The translations under genes were made by a program, and so were the position numbers. A stretch of DNA of 64,000 nt from Malacoraja senta. Taxonomy: Eukaryota. The stretch spans positions 14,510,001 through 14,574,000 of the forward strand of contig CM075989.1 of assembly GCA_038087875.1 (NCBI GenBank). Direction: 5' to 3'. Below the pieces are notes generated by a model. It made no database searches. It was not told where the DNA came from and saw only the letters and a list, made by a program, of their open reading frames with translations. This document shows positions 26,902 to 40,334 of this stretch, piece after piece. Numbering within the stretch: the first letter of the stretch is position 1; each line of letters starts with the position of its first letter.

Positions 26902-28120
26902 TAAGGACCCTCTGTACATCAACACCCCATATTCCTTGTCATTTACTATATATGTCTTCTTATCAATGCAATCCCAAATGCATTACCTCACACATGGTTG
27001 GGTATTTGAATTTCTCTTAACTTCTGCATTTCATTGTTCCATTTCAGGACATATGATAATAAAACACCTTTGACTTGTAATTCTTGACTGTAGGAAGATC
27101 CTCATGGCATGAACGCCGCAGCTGCCTCCATTAATCTTTGAGTTTATTAATATCAGGCTGCATTGAGTTGACAGATTTTGTTGTGCACTGAGGCCCCAGC
27201 AGTTATCTGAGTGGACAATTTTATAATAACCCATTCCTTCTCATTCAATGAACCTGTGAATGGGCCACACATGCAGCATTTCAACAGAGCAACAATAAGG
27301 ACCTGCATACATCACACCCTTCACAGGATCAACTTAAAGGTGAAAAATGGCAATTGCTTTTTGCAGTGGCCTATTTATGAAGTTTGAAAGGAAAATGCTT
27401 TATGAAAAGTATTTAATATTTCCAACTTTCTATTCAGTAAAACGCAATGCATGCTCGTGCATTGTATTTAACTTAGTAATGGATCTTAAAGGACTTTTCA
27501 CAGAATCATAATTGTTTTTGCCACAAAGCTCCATAAAGGGGTAACTTGTAAGGAGTGCCTTAAAGGAAGAGAATGTGGGAGAATAGGGAGACATTTCAGG
27601 AAGTCATTCAAGAGTTTTGGCACCTGAAGGGTTATGGGTGCAGTTAATAGGGCTGCTGCCTCATGGCTCCAGAGATCTGGGTTGATCAATCTTGGCCTGT
27701 CTGTGTAGAGATTGCATGTTCTCCCTGTAACAGAAGGACTCCCTCCCACGTCCTGAAGTTGTGTGGGTTGGTTGTTTAATTGGCTGCTGTAAATTGTCCC
27801 ACGTGTGTGTAGGAGTTGATGGGAAGGTGGAGAAAATCTTACAGAGACTACTAGTGAGGGAATGGGAATAGTTTGAGAGCCAGCATAAATACAATGGACC
27901 ACGTGGCATTGTTCTTCTGTTCGGTGGAAATATGGAAATAGGGCATGGCCACCAGAAGTAGGTGAGCAAAGGGCCAGAATGAAGCAGCAGAGATGTCGTG
28001 ATGGGCCGTGGGTATCTGAGATGTGGACTTGAAACAAGAATGATTTTTATTTTTTTTATTTAATAAGGATTGAAGGTGGTGGTAAGCATGTGATTTAGTA
28101 TTTAGATCTGGGACCTTTTC

Positions 28121-28727
28121 ATAGATACATAGATACATAGAAAATAGGTGCAGGAGTAGGCCATTCGGCCCTTCGAGCCTGCACCGCCATTCAATATGAT
28201 CATGGCTGATCATCCAACTCAGTATCCCGTACCTGCCTTCTTTCCATACCCCCTGATCCCTTTAGCCACAAGGGCCACATCTAACTCCCTCTTAAATATA
28301 GCCAATGAACTGGCCTCAACTACCCTCTGTGGCAGAGAGTTCCAGAGATTCACCACTCTCTGTGTGAAAACGTTTTTCCTCATCTCGGTCTTAATGGATT
28401 TCCCCCTTATCCTTAAGCTGTGACCCCTTGTCCTGGACTTCCCCAACATCGGGAACAATCTTCCTACATCTAGCCTGTCCAACCCCATAAGAATTTTGTA
28501 CGTTTCTATAAGATCCCCTCTCAATCTCCTAAATTCTAGCGAGTATAAGCCAAGTCTATCCAGTCTTTCTTCATATGAAAGTCCTGACATCCCAGGAATC
28601 AGTCTGGTGAACCTTCTCTGCAATCCCTCCATGGCTATAATGTCCTTCCTCAGATTTGGAGACCAAAACTGTACGCAATACTCCAGGTGTGGTCTCACCA
28701 AGACCCTGTACAACTGCAGTAGAACCT
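28121..28727 (-). mobile_element. CR1-clade LINE 3' fragment, well preserved
   Basis: ORF 28219-28713 reads LVRPHLEYCVQFWSP...YEERL..LGLYSLEFRRLRGDLI...RVVNLWNSLP. It ends in an 8-nt repeat tail (CTATGTAT)n. Confidence 0.95.
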
Positions 28728-29836
28728 TCCATTACTCTACAGCTGTTACTGGGTCTGACCTGAATGAAGAAAGAGGTTTGGAAGTATCAGCATCAGCAGA
28801 AGGTGAGGAACAATACATCGGTCAGAAGTGAGCCAGGCTGCTTTCACTGAACAAGAGAAGGAATATTTTCACATTTGTTCTTGAGCTAGTTGGCAAGCTG
28901 ATGTGTACGTGGTTGGGTTTCAGTTGGATACACACACCTCTCTGGAGGGATGTCTGTGCTGATGGTGCAAGTTTTACATTCCAAGAGAATAAGGAATTAC
29001 ATCCTCCAGAGAAAATGAAACTTTAATATATCCCTGCCTGCACATCCCAGCTACTTAGATCAGCTGTTGGAGAAAGAGTCAATTATTTTCCTATGATATT
29101 ATCTTCATGTGCACAACAACTTTAGCGTTGCGTTCTGTAATGCTTAATTTCAAAATAACCATCCTTGACTGCAGTATTAAATGTGTTTTGAAGGAATTCT
29201 GTATGTGCTTCCCAGAGCACAGTTGGCCAGTCATATGTTCCTTCACTCGGTCTGCTATGCAGCTGGTTTTGGTGATATTTCACCCCACTGATTAGACTCC
29301 AGCACAAAGCTGGAGTGGAGAAGTTCAAACTTTGGCTCAGAAGGAGACCACATTTCCATGTGACCTAGACAGCGGACATTTCAGCCCATCGGGTCTGCGG
29401 CAGCTCACAGTGCCATTCTATTCCTTCACTAATTTCCCCCCTAATCTATTCTCTCCTAGATTCTATCAATCACGTTCATGCACTAGGAGCAATTTACAAT
29501 TAACTACCTACCCACACATTTTTGGGATGTGGGAGGAGACCAGGGAACCTAGGAGGGACCCACCTGGTGACAGGGAGGATGTGCAAACTCCACAGAGGCA
29601 GCACACAACACCAGGGCTATAGGCGGGTCATTGGCACTGTGAGTCAGTTGCTCTACATGCTGTGCCACTGTGTAGCTCCATCAGCACCTGTCACTGAGCG
29701 CAGACATCAGCACTTTCCTCAGTTGTATTGTCACAATAGGATGAATAACCGATTCCCACATAAATCCACTTTCACTCAAAAGGACAGAAGCCGAGATGAT
29801 TCTTTAGTCAAAAAATGTGTACATTATATTACATTA

Positions 29837-30123
29837 GGGCGGCACGGTGGCGCAGCGGTAGAGTTGCTGCTTTACAGTGCCACACACTCCGGTTTGATAC
29901 TGAGTTTGTACGTTCTCCCTGTGACCTGCTTGGGTTTTCTCCGAGATCATCGGTTTCCTCCCACACTCCAAAGACATACAGGTGTGTTGGTTAATTGGTT
30001 TGGTACAAGTGCAAATTGTCCCTAATGTACGTAGATAGTATTAATGCGCGGGCATTGCTGTTCAGTGCGGACTCGGTGGGCCGAAGGGCCTGTTTCCGCG
30101 TTGTATCTCTAAACTAAACTAAA
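29837..30123 (+). mobile_element. tRNA-derived SINE (HE1/V-SINE-like)
   Basis: GGGCGGCACGGTGGCGCAGCGGTAGAG head and (CTAAA)3 tail. Confidence 0.9.
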
Positions 30124-32904
30124 ATGATACCAATAGTCTAAGCTGTTTCTGTTGCTGAGCTGTCTACTGGAGCCCGAGGGACTGACGGGATGGACACAGA
30201 GAGGCCCGCTGGAGGGTCCGCAACCAAGACTCAGTATTGAGATGGGAAGAAGTTCCCTTGGACCTCTCAATCGCAGAGTGCTTTGTTGTTATCAGGCATC
30301 TTCACGGCTGAGTTTGGGAGATTATTGAAAGCTCAGGATGTTCTAGGGAGTTCCAGTCACCACCTATCCTCTGAGATCATCCAGAAACTATCAGGTGGGT
30401 GAAAAATTAATCAATGTTCACAGCAGCACACAGAGTCTTGTAAAGAGTTTATTAAAGCTGAGTATCTCAAATAACATCATACGAGCACAAGGTCAACATA
30501 CTGTATGAGATATTACCAGAGATTCCATGTGAAATACGATCTCCTATCAACTCTGCTTGGTGAAACATGAGCAGCTTTCAGTCTTGCCTGGAACTGATGG
30601 CTTCGGCCCACGTACACATTCCCTCTGATTCGCTGCAGCTGATCTACCCTGTTTACAATTACATTGCAAGCTCTTCTTTGACTTTAAATATCTGGATTAT
30701 TTTGGACACAACTCACTCTGACCATCACGCAGAATGTGACACAGTTCTGTCCCAAAGCGTTCTGTGATTTGCACCTGAGTCCTCTCTGGGCCCTCCTTAC
30801 CTGATCACCCAAAACTACAGCAGCTAATAATTGCCACAGCCTTTTGATTGTTTGATCCTTGTACTGCTTCTCGCTCTAAGATCATGAACAGTCCAGTGTT
30901 TGTGGCCCAACATTCAGGACAATTCAATGAAGTCAAGAGAGTTTAATTGCCACCAGGACCAGATCGGTGACATTATTACTTGCTGCAGCTTGCCAGGCAC
31001 ATTAATGGCCATTGCTGTCCAGACTTTCCTGCACTCTGTCTCCTTGTTGTAGATGATCCGGCCGACAACAGCAGTATCATTAGTGTAAACTCGGGATGCA
31101 AGCAGAAGCCTCCACGTGGCGCAATGCTGACGACAGAAACTGTACCACAGTGACGGACTGAAGTAGCCAATTCTGCAATCACCGACCGTCAACCGTCACT
31201 GACCGACCGGAAAGACGTGATATAGAAGATGGCCGGACACGAGGAAGAAAAGTGTAAACTTATGGGTGCAGATGTTTCATCAAGTAGAGGACATCTTTGT
31301 GCACAGCAGTTTGTAGTGTCATGGTTTTGGTGACACCGCGTGTCTCATTTGTCGTAATGCAAGGCATCACCCACACCAACGGTTCTTCACATCAGGCAGG
31401 AGGCATTCATTGGTGATCATTGTCATCAATCTTACACCTACAAGTTAGAGAGGGTGGTTAGGTACATTCAAAGGTTTCAAAGGTTTCGAAGGTGTTTTCT
31501 TTTTGCATGTATCAATTAAGGTACAGTGATATGCAAATTACCATACAGCCATATAAAAATAAAGGCAACAAGACAACCAACTACATCAAGGTTAACATAA
31601 ACATCCACCACAGTGGATTCCCCACGTTCCTCACTGTGATGGAAGGCAAAAAAGTCCAATCTTCTTCCTCTTTATTTCTCCCGCGGTCGAGGCAGTCGAA
31701 CCATCCGTCGGGGCGATCAAAGCTCCCTGAAGAAGGGTTTCAACCCCAAACGTTGCCTATTTCCTTCGCTCCATAGATGCTGCTGCACCCGCTGAGTTTC
31801 TCCAGCATTTTTGTCTACCTTCGATTTTCCAGCATCTGCAGTTCCTTCTTAAATGATAGATCAGCCATGATTGAATGGCGGAGTAGACTTAAGGGGCCGA
31901 ATGGCCTCATTCTGCTCCTATCATCACTTATGATCCCTGCTCCTCCCTGATAATGGGCTCCATTATCTCCAGGTAACTAATGCGGAGGCTGTGGAGAAGG
32001 TAGAGTCCCTCGCTAAGGAGATTCCATGGATGTGCTGCAGGCACAGAAGGCCAGATAGTGGAATCCATCTGCCTCTTTCCCTGTCCTGTACCAGCAAGTC
32101 TGTTGCCAAGCTTGAAACTGGATTACAAAAAGTTCAACATCTTAATAAAATTCCTCCAGCCAAGAATGACTATCCAGATACAGCAGAGAGATACTGCTGA
32201 CACAAAGGATGCTGGCAACTGGAGCAAATTCAAATTGCTGGAGGAACTCAGCGGGTCTGACAGTATCTGTTGATGCAGGGGGGTTGTTTGCTGTTTTGTG
32301 TCAGGACCCTGTCTCACCACTAGGACAGGCGTCTGCTGTAAATTCCTGTGTGTGATTTAATGCCTCATGCTAATACTATTCTACTGCACGATATAGTCCA
32401 CATTCCAACTTCACAATATATATAATGTTTGTACCCAGGAGACATCCTTTTTTTTTGATAACTTCCAACTTTTAATGACCTGGCAGGATTCCTTTCGGGG
32501 CTTCCTTTCAGTTTGCAGCCTATTTGTAAAGTTCAACATTAACAATGGATTAGCGACACCATCTTGGGATAGGAATTGTGGTCAGTGTTTGGTCTGTATC
32601 GGCTCACCATGCTTCATTTGCTGATGCACCAGCTTACAGGAGCACAGAATATTTATATGGGTCAAAAACGAGTCCTTGAGAAACAGGGTCACCCCACGTG
32701 GGCTGAGGAGGCCACGTTGCTTCCAGTCTCTATCCTGGCAGCTGTTGTGCCCCCACTGGCCTCATCTCTGTCTCCTCAATGTTTCAGCTGCTCACGCAGA
32801 ATCCACATCAGGGTCGGGCTGGAGGAGCTGATATTCCAACAGGACCGTTCCCTGGGGATGAACACCACCCAATGATCCAACTCCCCACCTGATAACAACA
32901 AGCC

Positions 32905-33200
32905 GGGTGCCACAGTGGCACAGCAGTAGAGTTGCTGCCTTACAGCACCAGAGACCTGGGTGTGATCTTGACTACGGATGCTGTCAGTAGGTAGTTTGTA
33001 CGTTCTCCCTGTGACCATGTGGGCTTTCTCCAGGTGCTCCGGCTTCCTCCCACATTCCAAAGACCTCAAGGTTTGTAGGTTAATTGGCCTCTGTAAATTG
33101 TCCTTAGTGTATAGGATAGAACTAGTGTACGGGGGATCGCTGGTCGGCATGGACTCTGTGGGCTGAAGGGCCTGATTTAACGCTGTATCTCTAAACCAAA
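32905..33200 (+). mobile_element. tRNA-derived SINE (HE1/V-SINE-like)
   Basis: Same family motifs, full length. Confidence 0.9.
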
Positions 33201-33420
33201 CAGATACCTTAACGTGAAGTGCTAAAGAACCCTCCCCATCTGCTTTTGTCTTCAAATACAACCCTGATTTCCACATTTGAGTAAAAATAACTACAATTTT
33301 GAACTTGAATCAAATTCTTTTGGCTGCATCAATTTGTATCGTTGTTGCACCTTTTGATGGTGTCTTTTATTTTCAGACTATCTGTTAGGAATGTTAGAGA
33401 AATGTGTTCTTTGTACACGT

Positions 33421-33421
<1 letters not shown>

Positions 33422-33454
<33 letters not shown>
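33422..33454. repeat. (CA)n microsatellite
   Basis: Directly visible. Confidence 0.95.
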
Positions 33455-33456
<2 letters not shown>

Positions 33457-33779
33457 ACCCTGTGTCGGCAGCTTGCATCATCCTGTTATGAAAGACAATG
33501 CATTCCTGGTAGAACTTTGTAACTATCTCTGCAGTTCTGGGCAGAAACCGTCGCCAGCCCAAGATTGCAGTGAGAGTTCAGGAGTTCCAAGTGCTGCCAG
33601 GAATGCATTGCCTTTCCTAGCAGGGTGAAGCCAGCTCCTGCCTGGATGAACTCGAGTGCTGCAGTAACTCAGCGGGTCAGGCAACATCTCTGAAGAGAAA
33701 GTGCTGAGACTGAAGAAGAGTTCCGACCCGAAACGTCACCCATCCTTTTTCTCCAGAAACGCTGCCTGACTCGCTGAGT

Positions 33780-34443
33780 CACTTGGCCGACAATCGCGCG
33801 CCATTTACGCGACCTGCTAGCGTGTGGGTAGTGTGTGGCTAGCGTGTGGGTAGTGTGTGGGTAGTGCGTGGGTAGCACGGGACGGGCGCATGGAGTGGTG
33901 TGGAGTGGCGTGGGGAGTGTGGACTTCGTCCTGCACAAATTCTTCGTGCGCCACCGCCCTGTCGCGTAACTGACGGCCAAAGTGGGGCAGGCCCAAGACC
34001 CTGGCGCGGCGCAACGTCTCACCTCCAACAGCAGCAGAAGCAGGCAAATGATCGCCGAGCTCGGCCTGGGGCTCACGGCCGTTGCGGATCCGGATCTGCC
34101 CCCACTTCTACTCCCAGAGCGGGGCCAAGACAACTGGAGATAGACACAAAATGCTGGAGTAACTCAGCGGGACCGGCAGCATCTCTGGAGAGAAGCGATG
34201 GGTGACCTTTAGGGTCGAGACTCTTCTTCAGACTGAAGAAGAGTCTCGACCCGAAACATCATCCATTCCTTCTCTCCAGAGATGCTGCCGGTCCCGCTGA
34301 GTTACTCCGGCATTTTGTGTCCATCTTCAAATGACGTCACGCGCTCCAGACGGCTGTGCGGACGCATGAAGACGCGCGCGACCGTCGCGCGTCAGTCACT
34401 ACCGGCCTGTCGTGTAAATCACGGCCCAAGTGGGACAGGCCCT
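33780..34443 (-). mobile_element. Second copy of the same MITE in opposite orientation, left terminus clipped
   Basis: Near-colinear reverse complement of 8653-9314. It splits a Penelope repeat GCTGAG|TTACTCCAGC at a TTA site. Confidence 0.85.
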
Positions 34444-34736
34444 TTACTCCAGCACTCTGCGTCTATCTTAAGGATAAACTAGCAACTGCAGTTCCTTTCT
34501 TCACAACACTGCAGAGAGTCAGACAGAGGTACGACAAACTTTTATGTTTTAACACTAGACACAAGGATTTTATGCCAAAGGTCTATTTAAGGTGGCAGAT
34601 TTAATTTGAAATATTATATAGTTAATGGACAGAACTTCATTATTATCATTCATCATTATGGTGTTTTGAATTGTTGCTTGTTTAAATTAATCAATTTCAT
34701 TTTTTACAAACAGTGTCCAGGTTTTATAAAGCAATG

Positions 34737-35209
34737 CAGTTGGTACACCCAGTTGGTACACCCAGTTGGTACACCCAGTTGGTATACCCAGTTGGTACAC
34801 CCAGTTGGTATACCCAGTTGGTACACCCAGTTGGTATACCCAGTTGGTACACCCAGTTGGTACACCTAGTTGGTATACCCAGTTGGTACACCCAGTTGGT
34901 ACACCCAGTTGGTATACCCAGTTGGTACACCCAGTTGGTACACCCAGTTGGTACACCCAGTTGGTACACCTAGTTGGTACACCCAGTTGGTATACCCAGT
35001 TGGTATACCCAGTTGGTGCACCCAGTTGGTACACCCAGTTGGTACACCTAGTTGGTACACCCAGTTGGTATACCCAGTTGGTATACCCAGTTGGTACACC
35101 TAGTTGGTATACCCAGTTGGTACACCCAGTTGGTACACCCAGTTGGTACACCTAGTTGGTACACCCAGTTGGTATACCCAGTTGGTACACCCAGTTGGTA
35201 TACCCAGTT
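34737..35209. repeat. 13-bp minisatellite, about 36 units
   Basis: Unit CAGTTGGTA(C/T)ACC, with an occasional TAGTTGG variant. No spacers. Confidence 0.98.
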
Positions 35210-37227
35210 CAATAGGTTCAGACAATGAGAATGAAGTGTAGGATAAAATCAATGTCGCTTGTTCCAGGAGTTGATTAATTGGGAATACTCCACAGTCACC
35301 TCTCAGGTTACCTTCAGCTAATGTTGGTAAAACCACCCTCGTCAACAGGGTAGCAACATTGCAGTGCAGCACCACTGCAGCTCATTGCAGTCATGATCAT
35401 GAATGGGCACGAGGTTCAAGTGCAACCCACGTGCTATCTAACTGGGGCGGGTGCGATACTGTGCCTGTCTCTCCATCACCAGACAGGCAACAGCCCACAT
35501 GGTTGGCACCCCATCAACAACCATCCACTCACTCCACCACCAACACACAGTGGCAGCAGTCTGCCAGTCTGCTCTGCTGTAACTCACCAAACTACTCAGA
35601 CAGCACCGTCCGACCTGACGACCTCCAGCAGCTCGAAGGACAAGGGCAGCAAAAGAAAGACACAAGGATCTGCAGATGCTGGAACCATGAGCAAAACTCA
35701 AGCAGATCAGCCAGCACCTGCAGTGGGAATGAACAGACAATGTTTTGGGTTGCGACTCTACTTCAGACGGAAGGTGTAGGGGGAGCGAAGCTGGAAAATA
35801 GAGATGGGGTGGGGCAAAGCCTGGCGAGTGATAGGTGGATACGGATGAGGGGGAATTGAGTGGCAGAAGGGTGGAGATAATGATAAAGGCTGGAGGTGAA
35901 AAGAGAAGCAAAAACATAGGAACACCACCAGCTGGAAGTTAACTCCCAGCCACACACCTTCCTGAATTGAAGATACATTGTTGTTCCTTCATCTAACAGC
36001 ATTGTGGGTATCCCCACACCTTGAGGCAGCTTACCTCCATCTTCTCAAGGGCAACTAGGGACGGGCAATCAAATGCTGGCTCAGCCTGCGTAGCTCACAT
36101 CCCTTCAATGAATATTTAAACATTTTCAATTTAATATCTCCCCTGAGTTTTTAAATGTGATGGATTCTTGTTCTTTTCTTTTGTGGGTGCTAATAGACGA
36201 CTGATGTTCGCTTGGTCGGCAATGTAATGAAGAGGATGAGGAAGCCATTGCTTCTGTAAGTAACGTAACATCACCCAAAATGAGGGAGATCAGTCAAAGT
36301 ACAGCAGGGCACCAACATAATGATGATGAATGCACTGAATGACCAGGACGGGGTAAAGCAAAATGACTTCAGAATAAATATCCTTGTTCACAATGTCATA
36401 ACATCCAAAGTAATTGTCATTCAGAAAACATCTTATGAAAACTGAGCAGATTAATCCCCACAGAATTATGTCATAAAAACATTATTATAAAAGAATGAAC
36501 AGTGCCTGTTCTATTGACAAAATGTTCTGAAAGTGCTTCTCACTCAGTTTATTATTGTATTTTATGGCGAAGGCATCTTAGCTTTGTACGTTACTGCAGT
36601 GGAGACAACACAGCAATCTTGGCACTAACGGCAATGAAATGTGTGACCAGCAAATCTCCGTTGCTGGTGGGAGATCAAGGGTGACAGCAGGCATGTGGAC
36701 AAGGGCAGGGGGGTTTTTGAGCAGGAACATGGCATCTTGGTTTCCAATCCCACCTGAATGACAACACGTTTGCTCTCCAGTACTGTATTCGATTGGAGCC
36801 CTGTCCACTTGTGTGATGAATCAATGTTGGAAGAGCAAATACAAACCAATCCTCTTATTCATCAATTATTTTTCCTGTTTTACAAAATGTACGTCCCACT
36901 CCACCCTCGTTCCAATTAAGAACCCGTGGCTCTTGCCATTAGTAATTAACTGAATCTACTGAATCAGTCTGCTAATCAGCTCTTTCTAAAAATCCAACCA
37001 AGTAACTGCACTTGTTTAGATAATATCAGTCACTGGGAAACATTCTGACCATTTGAGAAGCCAGTCTGTATCTTTTTAGAACAACTTTTCTTCCTCCTTG
37101 GTTTTTTCTGCACCTTCTTTAGTCCTCAGTATTGGTCGGATTCAGATTCTTTCCTCCCTCATTGCATCTCACTGGAAAAGTGACCATTCTCCCTCTTATC
37201 CCAGTGGGTTCGGTGAAGCAAGATGAA

Positions 37228-37532
37228 GGGTGGCACTGTGGTGCAGCAGTAGAGTTGCTGCCTTACCCCGCCAGAGACCCGGATTCGATTCATGACTACA
37301 GATGCTGTCTGTACGGAGTTTGTACGCTCTCCATGTGAACTGTGTGGGTATTCTACGGGAGTTCCGGTTTCCTCCCCCACTCCAAAGATGTAGAGATTTG
37401 TAGATTAATTGGCTTGGGGTAAAATTGTAAATTGTCCCTTGTGTGTGTAGGGTTTGCTGGTCTGCACGGACTTGGTGGGCCGAAAGGCCTGTTTCCGCAC
37501 TATATCTCTAGACTACACTATACTAAATTAAA
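37228..37532 (+). mobile_element. tRNA-derived SINE (HE1/V-SINE-like)
   Basis: Same family motifs. Confidence 0.85.
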
Positions 37533-37999
37533 CTGTCTACAAATGCCAGGTGACAGTTTGGTTGAGGGAATGGGCAATGAACCCTGGGGAGGGCACTTCC
37601 AACTTGTGGGAAGCCCTAGCGCTTTCTGCAGGGACTTGGCCACTTCTGTAATCCCTTGTCATCCACTTCCACCTCCTACTGGGCTGCTGCTGCTGCTGCT
37701 GCTGCTCACGGTCGAGAGCTGTGGTCTGCTCATCATGGCCATGGCAGCAGTCTGCTCCAGGACACGTTTCAATGCAAGACATTCCAGGAGATGGCTTTTG
37801 GGACCAAATCCCAAAGGGATGGAGGATGGAGATAGCAATTTTCAACCCGAGGCCGCAGAGGAATATTTGTGAAATATGGACAGGAACATGGGCCAATTTA
37901 AACCGAAATAAACCCTTTATCCCTTGACCATTCAGTAAGATTATATAGCCTGCAGTCTAATTTCTTATACTTTTGCATTTTTGTCTTTGGCCATGTAAT

Positions 38000-38160
38000 G
38001 TGAAAAATATCCATCTTCTAGATGCGCTGGGACGTATCCTCACTGATGTGACCCGGGGTCATCAGGTGTTTGGGGTCTCACAACATCAGACACCCTCGCC
38101 CAGGCGACCCAGCCGGGGTTGATCAGGCACCAACTTGCGTCCCAGCAGCAACCGCATGTG
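38000..38160 (-). mobile_element. Probable 3' end of a Hero-like (restriction-like endonuclease) non-LTR retrotransposon
   Basis: Minus strand encodes AAGTQVGA* and continues TCAACCCCGGCTGGGTCGCCTGGGCGAGGGTGTCTGATGTTG..., which resembles fish Hero 3' UTRs as I recall them. Not verified by search. Confidence 0.45.
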
Positions 38161-38549
38161 TTTTGGTAAATATCTATTCACTTCAGAGCTAAAACCAACG
38201 ATCGATCCACGACGCACTGGGTAATGTGCTGAGACGTTGGATCCACGAGTGTAGGTAGAAGACACCGGTGATTATTTCTGTTGAAATTGCACCATCAGAA
38301 TGTTATGCCGGCAACTCCACACTCGATGCCTAATGCAGATTTAACACAATTGATGGGCCATACAACTAATGACATCATCTATACACCTCCATCTTTGCCA
38401 ACATTGCCATGACCATCCATGGGGACCGAAGCAGAGTTGATCTCTCCTCTGCATTGGAGATACACAAGCACAGATACACTTCTGGTTGACACTGGATAAA
38501 CTCCATTCACCCTTAAACAGGGTTGCCTCTTACCTCCTGGACCAGCAGC

Positions 38550-38870
38550 CTGATTGGTGCTACAGATCCCGAGAAGAGAGTTCAAACCCTACTATGGTAG
38601 TTTGGGAATTCAAATTCAAGTTGTTAAATTAATCTAGGATTTGGAAAAAAAAAGTCGTCTCTGTAATGGTGACTATGAAAACAACAAATTGTTGCAAAAT
38701 AAAGCCAAATAGTTTAATTGTCAGGGAATCAAGTCTGTTGTCCTTCTCTGATCCAACCTAGTCCCACGCCAGGCTCACTAATATGATGATTATTAACTGG
38801 ATTCCCAAGTCACCTGTAGTTAGGAACAGACAATAAATCATGGCATTGCCAGTATCATCCAGAACATTTC
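38550..38870 (+). mobile_element. Old degenerate SINE of a second family
   Basis: B-box-like GAGTTCAAACC. The 3' end CAATAAAT..TGGCATTGCCAG resembles the LINE-type tail at 36060-36115. Confidence 0.45.
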
Positions 38871-39739
38871 AACAGATAAATGCTAGTGGGTCCATTTAAA
38901 ACCATCAACATTTACCAGCAAGGTCCAGATATTTGTATCTCTATATTTAACAACACAGATTCTGCAAATTATTGGAAACGTGTCAAATTCACAAGCTGTA
39001 CAACGCTGTGAAGGAGGTCATTAGTCTTGGGAGGCAGCTGAGGAATCATGTTAGTCACTAGACTGGAGCAAGGCCAAGGACACGTCACACCTTGGTGCAT
39101 GAGGAGGAAGCAACAGATGGTGAAGGTAATCCGATGAAAGCACTGAGGTTGAAGTGAGAGCTGGGGAGTTCAATGCAATGGAAGTCCATACTGCAGTGCA
39201 GCAGAATAAAGAGAAGACAGGATTCTAGAACTGACAGAGAGCGAGTCCAGGGGAAATTAGATCAATGAGCACAGAGCTTTGCTTGGACCAGACTGAACAA
39301 CACATCGAGGGCTGTCACCAAGATTCAAGCTCTAAACTCAAGTTAGAGAGATGCCACAAGGCTAATATCAGAGCACTGTTAGAAAAAGCCAGACACCTGG
39401 GGACATTGTGAGAGATGTTTTTCTGGATGTATACAACATAATAAATAGTCTGGAAATGATACGGTCAGAATTATTCTTCCCTTGAGCCATATTCCAGCAC
39501 TGGAGGCAAAAGCTCTGTAATCATTAAGCATGTGTTTCCCCACAGTGGGATAATGTAGATGGTATTAAGCAGAGATTAATGTCAAGATGGAACTCATCGA
39601 CAGGTGAACCGATGGTTTTTAGACTGAAGAGAAATATATAATCATATTATACCATGGTCATCATTAGGCCCACTATTCTTCTTGTTGTACAATAAAGTCA
39701 AGTATGCAGGGATATTTTCAAAGCAAGCCAAACATACAA

Positions 39740-40330
39740 AGCTCAACACTGGTGCCCCACAAGGATGCATTCTCAGCACCTCACTCTACTCCCTGTACAC
39801 CCAGCACTGTGCAGCCAAACCCTGTTCTATCTCCATTTACTTATTTACAGATGACACCACCGTGTCATGGCAACAACCTCTCCCTCAATGTCAGGGAGGC
39901 GTAGGAGCTCGTTATTGACTTCAGGAAAGACGGTGGTGAACACCCCAGGCAGCAGCACCGATGGCAAAGAGGAGATGGTCGAGAATGTCAAGATCCGAGG
40001 CGTGAATATCATCGACAATCTGTCCTTGGAGCGACGGAAGCTATGGCCAAAAAGGCAAACCAACACCTCTACATTTTCAAAGGACAAAGGAAGTTCAGAC
40101 ATTTTCAAAAGACAAAGGAAGATCTTACCAATACACCACAGAAATCATCCCATCGAGATTCATCACAGCTGATAACATTGGTAACATCTCTACCCAAGAC
40201 TGCAAGAAATTGCAGAGAGTCGTGGAAGTGGACCAGTCAAACATACTCAAAGCAATAGGGATGTACTACAGAAAGTTTCCTGATGGGTTACAACACGATG
40301 TTGTGGCAATTCCAATTCCAATGCCCAGGA
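39740..40330 (+). mobile_element. Degenerate Rex1/Babar-type LINE fragment
   Basis: Peptide LNTGAPQGCILS.SLYSLYT.HC...FTDDTT. Related pieces lie at 30990-31085 (minus) and 40990-41190, with tails at 25830-25965, 55250-55480 and 61200-61290. Confidence 0.7.
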
Positions 40331-40334
40331 ACGT

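Noticed and set aside
29837..29900. tRNA genes at SINE heads
   Set aside because: A and B boxes are present, but there is no full cloverleaf and each continues into the SINE body.
34737..35209. CRISPR-like array or repetitive protein (LVHPVGTPSWYTQ)n
   Set aside because: The units are contiguous with no unique spacers, the context is eukaryotic, and the ORFs are a by-product of a 13-bp period.
37432..37896. Poly-Leu signal peptide or poly-Gln ORF from a short (CTG)n run
   Set aside because: The plus ORF starts inside a SINE, and the rest shows no recognisable homology.
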